Assembly (NCBI GenBank): GCA_951406725.2
Contig: OX597833.1
Location: 53,692,001 to 53,756,000, forward strand
Source of the DNA: Octopus vulgaris
Taxonomy: Eukaryota
Length of the DNA stretch: 64,000 bases
Direction: 5' to 3'
The first letter of the stretch is position 1; every line of letters starts with the position of its first letter. Below are positions 41,540-53,697 of this stretch, one piece after another. The notes under the pieces were generated by a model. The model had not been told where the DNA came from. It did not search any database and worked only from the letters and a program-made list of their open reading frames with translations. A program made the translations under genes and the position numbers.

Positions 41540-41544
<5 letters not shown>
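41411..41544. repeat. Inverted repeat, 53-bp arms with 2 mismatches, 28-nt loop
   Basis: 41411-41463 is the reverse complement of 41492-41544. Confidence 0.92.
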
Positions 41545-41576
<32 letters not shown>

Positions 41577-41583
41577 GTATATA

Positions 41584-41943
41584 GGCGCAGGAGTGGCTGT
41601 GTGGTAAGTAGCTTGCTAACCAACCACACGGTTGCGGGTTCAGTCCCCACTGCGTGGCATCTTGGGCAAGTGTCTTCTGCTATAGCCTCGGGCCGACCAA
41701 TGCCTTGTGAGTGGATTTGGTAGACGGAAACTGGAAGAAGCCTGTCGTATATATGTATATATATGTATATGTGTGTGTGTTTGTGTGTCTGTGGTTGTCC
41801 CCCTAGCATTGCTTGACAACCGATGCTGGTGTGTTTAGGTCCCCGTCACTTAGCGGTTCGGCAAAAAGAGACCGATAGAATAAGTACTAAAAGGTGGTGC
41901 TCCAGCATGGCCGCAGTCAAATGACTGAAACAAGTAAAAGAGA
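41584..41943 (+). mobile_element. SINE-A with small internal deletion
   Basis: GGCGCAGGAG start, tail present. Confidence 0.9.
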
Positions 41944-42470
41944 AAAAATATTACATAAATAATGTAAGAGCACCCTGCAGATAGTGATAGTCAATAAAAT
42001 AGAAATAAAATTTAAATATTTATTCTTTCTAGGCAGCAAGCTGGCAAAAATCGTTATCACACCTGCAAAAAAAAAGAAAAAAAAGAAAAAGAAAAAAAAA
42101 GAGTTAGCAGAATTTCTTCCAATTTCCCACTCTGTGTTCAAAATGTCACTGGGGGTTGACTTTGCCTTTCATCCTTTCGGGGTTGATAAAATAAATACCT
42201 AATGAACGCTGGGATCGGTGAAATCAACTTACTCTCACCCCCAACCCTCACCTTGAAATTGCTGTGCCAAAATTTGAAACCAATATTTATTCTTTCTGTA
42301 TGGTTTGATACCAAATGATCCATAGCTCATAGGTTGGGGCTCCCTGCTCTAAATAATTGTTCAGTCTGCAAGAAATAACAGTCACTCCCTATTGTCTTAA
42401 CCCTTTTGACACTAACCTGCCCCTACTTCCATGGCACAAAAACCACTCGCTTTAGAATATTCAATTTTAA

Positions 42471-42899
42471 CCCTTTAGTATTTAAACTGGCCTCAATATT
42501 CTACTTGTCTTATGTTCAAACTGGCCAGATTCACCCTGTCACACCTACTCTACAATGTCATTCTAAAAATAAACAATAACATCTACGTGCCACTGGCCCT
42601 TGTGCCGGTGGCACATAAAAGCACCTACTACACTCACAGAGTGGTTGGTGTTAGGAAGGGCATCCAGCTGTAGAAGCTCTGCCAGATCAGATCGGAGCCT
42701 GGTGTGGTCATCTGGTTCGCCAGTCCTCAGTCAAATCGTCCAACCCATGCTAGCATGGAAAGCGGACGTTAAACAATGATGATGATGATGATGATGATGA
42801 TCAGTGAAATCTCAGAGCTACGAGATAATGCATGGTTACTTCAAAACAGTGTGAGATAGAGAGCATTACATTTGACAGAGTAATCTGAATGCTAAAGGG
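42471..42899. mobile_element. piggyBac-like MITE family 1 with nested SINE-C (about 42585-42800)
   Basis: TTAA at 42467-70 and 42900-03; TIR CCCTTTAG / CTAAAGGG. Confidence 0.85.
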
Positions 42900-44609
42900 T
42901 TAAATTAAAACCCAAATGCTTCCTGGCCAGAGATGCTTCACATCGTTAAGCGAAGTAGTGAAAAAAACTACATCATTGAGGATTGAAACCAGTTGGAGAT
43001 TGGCTCAGTTTGACAGACAAAACTTTAGCCATTACTGTTTACAGAAGTACAAAAGGTGTGAAATTAATAAAGAAAGCAAAATCACATACATGCATACATT
43101 ATTTCATTAATGAGATCAATTGATTCTGATGAATCTCATTTATTTATTATATTGTTTTGATAATAATATTTACAGCATTTTTGAATACTGTATTAGCTTC
43201 ACACTCTCATGTTTTAGAGTCTCCAATGATATTTATGGCATGGGGAAAAAATACCTCTCCCCTCCAAAAGAAGCAAACAGACGATTACAAAACTCTCCTT
43301 GTTCGTCTTTTACATATTCATGACATGGCTTGTAATTATGACCAACCGAAAAGGATATAAATACGCAATTACTTATTGTACATGCTGATAAGTGGGGAGG
43401 TCCGTAAAAATACCCCCCCCACCACCACCACCAAATAACCCTTGTGAAGATTTATAATGAAAAGCCCTCATTCAACTTAGCGGTTTTATTTTATTATTAT
43501 CATTCTTTCACAAGCTGTTATATCTGTTAGATTTTTTTTTCTTTTATGAAATGAATACATAACCACTACTTATAAAAGTGTGAGCTTTTGAAACAAGAAA
43601 GAAAAAAATACTTCAACAAAAAGGCCTTCCAATTACCAATTTGATCCATACAGCAACCGTTTGTGTGTGTATATCAGATATCGAATGAAATGAAGGCTTA
43701 ATTTTATAGCATCATCAAAGAAATCCCTCCGTACCAGTCAACTGCCGATAATGAGTAGTTTAACAGCCTGAAAAGGGTTAATGTTATAATGGTAGGTAAT
43801 AGTGTCAAAGTGATTAATTTTCACACCTCTTCAGATCCAGTTGGTGCAAGAGAGCTTAGACCATATACATGGTAATAGTGAAAATTTATAATAATTTAGG
43901 GGGATAAAGAGCAGGCAATCATATTAACATTCAGTACATTCGCCACTCCTTATCTCTTTCACTCCAGATAGATCTCCTACACCTCGCCATTGCCACCACT
44001 ACCATTGCTACCACTGTGACTAAATCCATCTTGCAAAACTCTATATTTAAACATTGTTTAGTAAATCATTACGCCAGAACAGACATTTCTCTTTTGAAAC
44101 TAGATGCAGACGTGGCTGTGTGGTGCCTTGGACAAATATCTAAGATAGCCTCAAGTTGACCAAAGCATTGTAAGTGGATTTGGTGGACAGAAACTGAAAG
44201 GAGTTCATCCTATGTACATATATGTACATGTGTGTGTGTGTGTAATATAACAGATGGATTGTGGTTCACAACAGTTGTTTCAGGTGTGGCTTTTATTGAT
44301 GAACAGAAATGCTACATCAGGCACAAAGAACCATTTTCATCAGGTGAGTACAGGTAAGAATTAACTTCTTCAGAACAAGTACATAGTGCCATATGACTCT
44401 ACTGACCCACATTTGGCCAGATACATATATATATATATATATATAAATAATTTTAGTGACAGAACCACCTTCAACTCAATCAACACTGAAAGGTTTTATA
44501 CCCGACCACACCATAAAATGTTAAAAATTAAAATCTTACACTAACTATATCTATTCTGAATCCTATATTTTCTGTTTATAAGACTACACGTGTTTCATGA
44601 AAGTACTTT

Positions 44610-44752
44610 GGTATTAGGAAGGGCATCCAGCTGTAGAAACACTGCCAGATCAGACTGGAGCCTGGTGCAGCCTCTTGACTTCCCAGACCCCAGTCGAACC
44701 ATCCAACCCATGCTAGAACCATCCAACCCATGCTGGAAAACAGATGATGATG
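44610..44752 (+). mobile_element. SINE-C 3' fragment
   Basis: TTAGGAAGGGCATCCAGCTGTAGAAAC...GATGATGATG. Confidence 0.8.
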
Positions 44753-45228
44753 TACACACACACACACACATAAGTGCATGTATTTGTATCTCCTTGTCTT
44801 AATATCATGTGGTAGTTGTAAATGAGTGTCACTGTCATATAAGCAACATCATTCATCTTCAATATTCTGTGAAAACAAGTCTGGCCTTGGGAAAATATTA
44901 CCCTGTTTGGAAACAGGTGAAAGTTGGCGACAAGAAAGGCATCCATCCAACCATAGATGATTGGCCTCAATAAACTCCATGCAATTTATGCAAGCATGGG
45001 AAAAGTGGACAGTGGATGGACATAAAAACAATGACAATAATAATAATGGTAACGCTATGACATTTCTTCATTTTAATTCCCGTCACAACTGCTTTCTAAA
45101 TCTTCCGCACAGTGCTAGATAATATTTATGCCCCTGCTTCTTTGATTGTATAAGCACCAGTTGAAAGATACATACTGCAGCTGCCAGCATGGACGCATCT
45201 CATCTCGAGTTACTACTACTACTACTAC

Positions 45229-45284
<56 letters not shown>

Positions 45285-45988
45285 CTTCTTCTTTATCTTT
45301 GTTGCTTCACTAGGCTTAATCTGCCAAAACAAACATTCCTGGTCTGAAGTAACAATGGTCTCTAATTATCAACTGTAATTGAGAGTTTTCTTATTCGTGA
45401 GGTTTAGTGTGGAGTACATTGACCCGGATACCATACCAGTACATGGCGGTTGCTTATGAAATCAACACTAAGGAATAGAAGAAAGGTTTCCCCGATAGAT
45501 AGAAGAGGAATTCTTATTAAATGTCAGTTGTGCACCGTAAGAGAAATTCATAGCTAGAACGAATTGCATTGTAAAAGAGTCAGTGCACTTTGTGCCAATG
45601 TGGTTCCACGTTAAGCCTCTACGCTAGCCCTGGGTCGACTTGTGCCTTGTGAATGAATTTGGTGGATGGGGTATAAATGGAAGCATTTCCTTTGTGTGAT
45701 TGTTTGTCTCCTTTCTCGCCACTTGGCAACCGGTATTGGTCGATAAATAAAGTACCAGCTTCACACTGGGGTCGATGTAATCGACTTAATACCTATGTCT
45801 GTCCTTGTTTGTCCCCTCTATGTTTAGCCCCTTGTGGGTAATAAAGAAATAGGTGTTGGTTTGTTTACATCCATATAACTTAGCAATGCAGCAACAGAAG
45901 AAGACTTCAGAAAAAGAAGTACTGGCTAACCCCATTCAAGGCAATAACATGTCAAAAACATTTATAGTAAAGGGTGGGCTAGGGTTAC

Positions 45989-46355
45989 TTAATTACTTGT
46001 GGTGACATTCACCCTGGGCGGGTTGAGTCGGCTTCTTCTACCACGGAAGAAGTTTTGTGGGAATATGTGGATTTCACAAGTGGTCCCCAACAATCCCACA
46101 TGTGCAGACATCCTGTTTGCCGCAGATTGTCCGCAGACGCAGGGACAGAACTACCGTGGAGCCGCTGGTTGCCGAAACAGACATTCCGAGGACTTTCACC
46201 AGAGCCCCATCTGCTGGGTTGTGGCCCTAATACCACTCAGTGTCAGACCAATCCGCCTTAGGTGGCCCTACCAGGAACCGAAGTTCCCGACGGCATAGCT
46301 CTGACACTACCCGTTGCCAGCGTCCCCACCACGGTGAGGAGGATATGGGCTTTGG
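45989..46355 (-). mobile_element. Short non-autonomous RTE-derived element (5' UTR fused to 3' end)
   Basis: Perfect 13-bp TSD GGGCTAGGGTTAC (45976-88, 46356-68); 3' end is 26/30 identical to the RTE end at 50906-50935; 5' part resembles RTE leaders. Confidence 0.8.
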
Positions 46356-47683
46356 GGGCTAGGGTTACAATAAACCCGAACCAAAGCAGTCCTTAAATAC
46401 ATCCGGCTATCCTCGCTTATCACTGATCTGGGATAATATGGTTCAGTCAATTGTGAACCCTGTTGCACTTATCACAAACTGACCTTTGATAAGATGGGTC
46501 AGCAATCAGTCAAAGGTTCTTCGACTGCAAAAGAACACCCCAGTAAACCATCCACAGTAATCAGGACAACCATGGGGTGGGGGGTGGGGGTCTTATAACA
46601 AAACCTATTTTACCCACATATTCTGTTTTTCCATTAATTACAGACTCATGTAAAACAGTGTCTCTCTCTCTCTCACTCGTTTTTTTTTTTTTTTTTTGAA
46701 TCAAGCACCCATGATAAAACGAGGGGTAGATGTAGTAAGATATCTGAAACTATCCAATATTTCTACAAACAGCAGGCTGACATGTTTAAACCAGCACCCA
46801 AAGCACATTCTGCTTTGCTGGTGTGTTGCCCTGCATACCCGTGTATATGTGTGTGGGTACGCAGTCAATAATGCTGCTGCATCTCTTACTATAATTTTAA
46901 AAAAAAAACCAAAAAAAAAAAAACCCTCCAAAAAAAACCCCCCCAAAATGTCCCACTGGTTGCTTTGCTTACATAGTATTCAATTACTAACAGTCCTCTT
47001 TCTATGATGCAGAGTCAAATACTGCTGTCTTCACATTGTTCTGCTGCGAAGGTCATTGCCATCAGCTTACTCTGACTCCGTTTAAGCGATGCTCATTGTT
47101 AGCTTCCAGACTTACGATTCAGATTCAACCTCCACCACCCGACTGGAATACAATTTCATTATTTACGACGGAAGAATGGCTGTTAATCTGTCCGGGGGAC
47201 AAAAGGAACAACAACCAGTCGCTTCCACAGAAATCACCTCTCAAGATTATCATTGCTATTCATCCTCTTTCCTATTATCACGTTAACTTTTGAATTTTAA
47301 TGATTAATTAGCAAGAATTTTGTCCTCATCTCGCTTAATCCTCATTCAACAAGTTATAATATTAACAGAGAAAGAGAGAAAACCACTTTGCAATTATTCC
47401 TCGCCGAGCTGTTTTTTCCTTTCCACACGAGATTTGCTTATGCTTCAGAAATTCTTGCCAAACAAGCTAGACACACATGTGGTAATCATAATAAGTAAAA
47501 CACACACACACACGCGCGCACACACACAAACACACACATTCTCTCCTAATAAACAAAAATGAAATATGCATCTTTACGTGATCTGTGACCTTGAAGGAAC
47601 GATTGTACAGAGCACACAAGTCAGAGAGGCTCTCTGCCTCGATTTCAGGGAAGGAAACGGGAGAAGGAGGAAGAAAGATCGTT

Positions 47684-47899
47684 TACTCTTTACTCTCTTT
47701 TTACTTGTTTCAGTTATTTGACTGCGGCCATGCTGGAGCACCACCTTTTTAGTCGAGCAAATCGATCCCGGGGACTTATTCTTTGTAAGCCTAGTACTTA
47801 TTCTATCGGTCTCTTTTGCCGAACTGCTAAGTGACGGGGACGTAAACACACCAACATTGGTTGTCAAGCAACGCTAGGGGGACAAACACAGACACACAA

Positions 47900-47905
<6 letters not shown>
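47684..47905 (-). mobile_element. SINE-A 3' half
   Basis: Reverse complement of the tail. Confidence 0.87.
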
Positions 47906-47945
<40 letters not shown>

Positions 47946-48141
47946 GACTGAAGATTGAAGGCTTCGAATGTCCCGTCCGTGTTTTTTGTATCGTCTTCTA
48001 AATGTTTTACGTTCTTGTCCCAGTTTGTATTTTTCTACACATACATACACACACACACACCCCCCACATGCATGGCACCTTGGGCAAGTATCTTCTACCA
48101 TAGCTCCAGACCAACAAAAGCTTTGTGAGTGGATTTGATAT

Positions 48142-48753
48142 TTTTTTTACTTGTTTCAGTCATTTGACTGCAGCCATTCTGGAGCACCACCTTCAGTCGA
48201 ACAAATCAACTCCCAGGACCTATTCTTTGTAAACTTACTACTTATTCTGTCGGTCTCTTTTGCTGAACCGCTAATGTTACGAGAACATCAACACACCAGC
48301 ATCGGTTGTCAAGTGATGTTGTTTTTGTTAAGCAACAAGACGGGTAAGGGTAATTAGGTGATGGTCTAGGGCTTAGGGGCGGGAGACCCCAGACCTTGGA
48401 AAAAAAAAACTTTGGTCATCTTGTTGTAATCAAGGGCTCTTCGTTGACGCCCGACACCACTGGGAGGTAGCCCTCGAAGTCGCTGGAAATGGAGATCTCC
48501 AGGTTCAAATTCTTGAACAGCATTGTCAAGTGATGGTGAGGGGGGGACAAACACAGACACACAAACACATATATAATTATATATATATATGACGGGCTTC
48601 TTTCAGTTTCTGTCTACCAAATCCACTCACAAGGCTTTGGTTGGCCGGATGCAATAGTAGAAGACACTTGCCCAAGATACCACACAGTGGGACTGAACCT
48701 GGAACCATGCAGTTGGGAAGCAAACTTCTTACCACACAGTCACTCCTCTGCCT
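48142..48753 (-). mobile_element. SINE-A with nested 204-bp insertion (48319-48522)
   Basis: TSD TTGTCAAGTGATG at 48306-18 and 48523-35. Confidence 0.85.
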
Positions 48754-48780
48754 ATAGATGGCAACTGAAAGGAAGCCTGT

Positions 48781-48813
<33 letters not shown>

Positions 48814-49339
48814 ATAAAATGTATGTGTATGTGTTTGTGCCCTTGCCTAGACATTATATGATGACGGTAAATCGGTGCCATTGCCATTATCATCAGACTA
48901 ATGAGGTGGTTTGTTTCCAGACTTCCATGAAAAACATGTCAGTCTGTGAAGAAATATTGATTTTTCAAAAGTGGCACAAGGCCAGCAATTTCAAGGGTGG
49001 GGATAAATTAATTACACTGGCCCCAGTTCTCAACTGGTATTTATTTTATGGACCCCGAAGGGACGAAAGGCAAAGTTGACCCCTAACAAAATTTGGACAC
49101 CTGAATGCAATGTAAAAAAAATGGACAAAATGCTGCTAAGCGGTTTTGACAGGTGTGCTAACGAGTCTCTCCAGCTTGCTGCCTTGTCTATGAGGAAACA
49201 TTACCTTGCTTGAGAAACAGGTGAGGTATGACATCATGAAGGGCATCTGTCTGCAAGCAAAGAAAAAAAAATACTGCTACAAAATTCCGTTTGAACTATT
49301 ACAAGCATGAAAAAAACTGGATGTTAAATGATGACAATA

Positions 49340-49353
49340 CAACACACACACAT

Positions 49354-49387
<34 letters not shown>

Positions 49388-49860
49388 TAACACACATTAG
49401 GTGTCGTGAAAGTAAGGCAACGTGTAACATTTTTAACTGCTTCAATGTTGCCACACTTATGGGACACCTGGAGAGAATGCGCACACACACACACACGCAC
49501 ACACATGCAGACACATGCACACACACATACACACGAATACACACATACACACACAGACACACATGCAGACACACACATACACACGCACACACACATGCAC
49601 ACAGACACATGCACGCACACACACACATGCACACGAACACACACACGCACACACACATGCACACACACATACAGACACACACACATACAGAAACGCACAT
49701 ACACACACATGCACACACACACACGCACACACACATACAGACACACACACATACAGAAACGCACATACACACACATGCACACACATACACACACACATGC
49801 ACACCCACACACACATACAGACACACACACACAAATGCACACACACACATACACACGCAC
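49340..49860. repeat. Degenerate (CA)n compound microsatellite
   Basis: Directly visible; source of the HT/CV-rich ORFs. Confidence 0.95.
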
Positions 49861-50390
49861 GCTATTAATGCGATGGAAACATGTCGTTTAGAAAATAAAC
49901 TCCAAAATACACACGCAATGTTTAAATTTAGATCTCCAAACACACTGATAGGATATCTTCGGCATACACTGTATTCAGCTGTATTCATTTAATCTTCTTA
50001 TAATTTATAGGATTCACTATTTCGTGTGACAACAATATAAAACTAAGAATATTATCTCTCTCTCTCTCTCTCTCTCTCTCATTCTGTCTTTCTCTCTCTC
50101 TGTCTCTGGCTTATCTCTTTCTTCTAAATATAGATTGTCTCTTTAAAAACCTCAGGAGAAAATAAAAGAAAAAACAATACAAGATACAACTGTTTACATT
50201 TACACTTTTAAGACTAATTGTTTAGTAAATCTTCTATGTGCGTATAAACACATTTAGATATACAAACGTGTGTATAGGTATGTGCGGTTTCAAGTTACAG
50301 AAATGTGGCCATGCTGGAGCACCGCCTTCAAGGAGTTTTAATCCATCGTTTTGACCCTGGTACTCCGGTACTTTGTCTGGTTCTGCCCTT

Positions 50391-50948
50391 CAAGATCTGA
50401 GATCTGACGCACCACCAAAGTACGGATCTACCAAGCACTAGTGCGAACGATTCTCCTTTACGGCAGCAAGACATGGCCAATGAGGGTGGAAGATATTAAG
50501 CGACTAGAATCCTTTGATCACCTCTGTCTATGCCGCATCCTTCATGTCCGATGGCATCACTTTGTCTCGAACAATTCGGTGCGACACCAGTGCAGAATCA
50601 CCTCCCTCCGACAAGTCATCCTAACGAGATGTCTGCGTTGGCTGGGTCATGCCCTCCGTCGTCAACCAGGAGAATTCATCTATGAAGCAATTGCCCCAGG
50701 TCCCCTTCAGGGTTGGCGAAAGCGATGTGGTGGACAACGAAAAACCTGGCTGACGACAGTCAAGGCTGATCTGGAACCCAACCTAGGCCCCCATATCTAC
50801 GGCGTTCGCCGCTGGAATAAGGAGTGGTTGGAGATCACGTGGTCGTTAGCCTCAAATCGCCAGGCCTGGTCGGCGTTTTTGAGAGATGCAGCATTGAGGA
50901 TGAATGAAGCCAGCTCAACCCACCCCGGGTGAATGCTGTCAAGTCAAG
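50391..50948 (+). pseudogene. 5'-truncated RTE-clade LINE (RT C-terminal region), reading frame open to the stop at 50932
   Basis: TKVRIYQALVRTILLYGSKTW...RILHVRW...LRWLGHALRR...GGQRKTW are RTE motifs; TCAAG-repeat tail; 35-bp TSD. Confidence 0.9.
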
Positions 50949-51197
50949 CCTGGTACTCTGGTACATTGTCTGGTTCTACCCTTGTAAGATACAAAATGCA
51001 ACGTGGATATTTATGCAAAAGAAATAATGAAACTGTAGATTGGCCCGGAGCTAAACACCAGCAACCGCTAAATGCCAAAGCGAGTGGATGCACATGCATG
51101 CACGCATGTATGCATGCATACAAGAATGGGTATAAGGATGAGTGCAATCACATTATTTGCACATGTTTAGTGGAAGGGAACGATTGTAGTTCCACTG

Positions 51198-51663
51198 TTT
51201 TTTGTTTGTTCCTTCTCGAGCCACGCCTGGCTCATAAGGGTCGGTTTCCCGGTTTCTTGGCGTATAGGTTCTCCACCTGGATGGGACGCCGGTCCGTCGC
51301 AGGTGAGCTGCAAGATGCAGGAGGAAAGAGTGAGAGAAAGTTGTGGTGAAAGAGTCAGCAGAAGTTTCACCATTACCTTCTGCCGGAGCCGCGTGGAGCT
51401 TAGGTGTTTTCGCTCATAAACACACATATCGCCCGGTCTGAGATTCGAACCAGCGATCTCTGAGCTGCAAGATGCAGGAGGAAAGAGTGAGAAAAAGTTG
51501 TGGCGAAAGAGTCAGCAGAAGTTTCACCATTACCTTCTGCCGGAGCCGTGTGGGGCTTAGGTGTTTCGCTCATAAACACACACGCCATCCGGTCTCAGAT
51601 TCGAACTCGCGATCCCTCGACCGCTAGTCTGCTGCTCTAACCACTAGGCCATGTGTCTCCACA
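51198..51663 (-). mobile_element. SINE-D2 with internal duplication of about 155 bp
   Basis: Homologous to 32218-32500; TGAGCTGCAAGATGCAGGAGG block occurs at about 51304 and 51461. Confidence 0.87.
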
Positions 51664-52469
51664 CTGTACTTAGTTGAAGCTGATGATTAGCAACGAATTC
51701 TTGCAAGCTGCCGCTCTTGCAATGATGCCAGTTGACGACTTTTATAAACAAGACCTACATCCAGCAATTTTTGCAACCAAATGTACCAGACTTAAAACTA
51801 ATTTCTTAAAACAGGTTCAGGAGTTGATATTGAGACTATTTATATGTATTTTTTTTCTCGTTAGCTATTAATTTCCCTAATACTATATAATTCACATTTA
51901 ATAAGAACTCCACTTACAGCTAATGAAAAAAAAAAAAAAAGGGGGGGTGGTGGAAAAAATATCCTCTCATGTCTGGTATAAAGTAGTACAACGTAACTAG
52001 TAATTGCAGAATTTAGATTTCTGTTCAGTTCAGTTTGTTACAAAACAGAACCATACTTCTCAGATTTCCTCGACAAACAGCTCCATTGAGAATGCGATGG
52101 AAAATGAAATGAAATAATTGTCACTCGGTTTAGCCCCAGGCCAGACCTGAATGAGCAGACATGTTAATGAATGCATTCCAGATGAGGCCATCTCGTTTTT
52201 GCTTCCCATCCATCCCCAGATATAAGTGCAGAGATGGTTGTGTGGTTATGAAATTTGCTTTCCAACTACATAGTATCAGGTTCAGTCCTACTGCGTGGTA
52301 CCTCAGGCAAGTTTCTTTTTACTATAGTCTCAGGCCAACCAATACCTTATAAGTGAATATTTGGCAAATGGAAACTATGTAGAAGCCTGCATGATATATA
52401 TATATATATATATATATATCAGCAATAATAAATCTCAGAGCGAGTTATAAACAGTAGCTGCAACACATC

Positions 52470-52630
52470 GTGACGTATATTTGCCATTTAAATATGGCTA
52501 ACCCCTAAGGGTGGATGCTACTGTAGTTTGTAGTTTGTGTAGTTTGTAGTGTCCTGGTGTCCTCCTGGGGCTACAAGCTACCGTAGCATCCACCCTTAGG
52601 GGTTAACCATATTTAAATGGCAAATATACG

Positions 52631-52634
<4 letters not shown>
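52470..52634. repeat. Inverted repeat with arms of about 52 bp inside a short element between (TA)n tracts
   Basis: GTGACGTATATTTGCCATTTAAATATGG...GGTGGATGCTAC and its reverse complement. Confidence 0.92.
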
Positions 52635-52669
<35 letters not shown>

Positions 52670-52754
52670 ATATATGGCTTTATTTTTTTAAAATTGATAA
52701 TATCTAATAATGTAATAAATCATTAGATTGTCAATTGTTTTTCTCTATCTAATT

Positions 52755-52788
<34 letters not shown>

Positions 52789-52812
52789 ACGCATACACAT
52801 GAATATATTAAT

Positions 52813-53009
52813 ACAGGATGTCACCAGCGGTGCAAATAACATGAAATATGTAAACAAGAGTTAAATATGTAAACAACGAGAAAAAAAAACCGGAAAACAG
52901 GACAAGTAAACATAGAGAAAGGACCCTTCATCAATTGTTGGCTGTCTGTCTATTTTTTTTTCATTGTTTACATATTTCCTGTTATTTGCACTGTTGGTGA
53001 TGTCCTGTG
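52813..53009. repeat. Imperfect inverted repeat (45-bp arms) in a (TA)n-embedded element related to 39731-39985
   Basis: 52813-52857 versus 52965-53009; shares TGA.GAAGGG...TTGTCCTGT with the element at 39760. Confidence 0.75.
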
Positions 53010-53054
53010 CACATATATGCATGTGTGTATGTATGTATATATATATAATTATAT

Positions 53055-53102
<48 letters not shown>

Positions 53103-53321
53103 TATATTATTTACTATTTATTACTTAATTGAACGTGACACATCCATTTCCAAGTATGTATGTGTATATATATGTATGTATGTATGTGTGTGTGTTTATC
53201 ATTCCCTACCTTGCTTAACTGGTGTTGGTTTGTTTGTGTCCCCATAACTCAGTGGTGCAGCACAAGATGTCAATAAAATAAGTCCTAGACTTAAAATATA
53301 AGTACTGGGCCCGATTTTTAT

Positions 53322-53690
53322 GTGTTTCAGTCACTGGACTGTGGCCATGCTGGAGCACTGCATTGAAGAGTTTTAACCAAACAAACTGACTCTAGTACTT
53401 TTTTTTTTATTTTTTCATTTTAGCTTGTTACTTATACAATCAGTTTCTTTTGCTGAACTGCTACGTTACAGGGACATAAATAAACCAACACCAGATGTCA
53501 AGTGGTGGTCACACACACACACACACACACGATAGGCTTCTTTTAGTTTCTGTCAACAAAACCCAATCACAAGGCTTCAGTAAGCCCAGGCCTATAGTAG
53601 GAGACATTTGCCCAAGGTGCCATGCAGTGGGACTGAACGTGAAACCATGCTGTCGAGAAACAAACTTCTCAAACACATAGCCACCTTGCT
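53322..53690 (-). mobile_element. SINE-A, old diverged copy
   Basis: Alignable by eye to tail, body and head. Confidence 0.72.
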
Positions 53691-53697
53691 ATACTAG

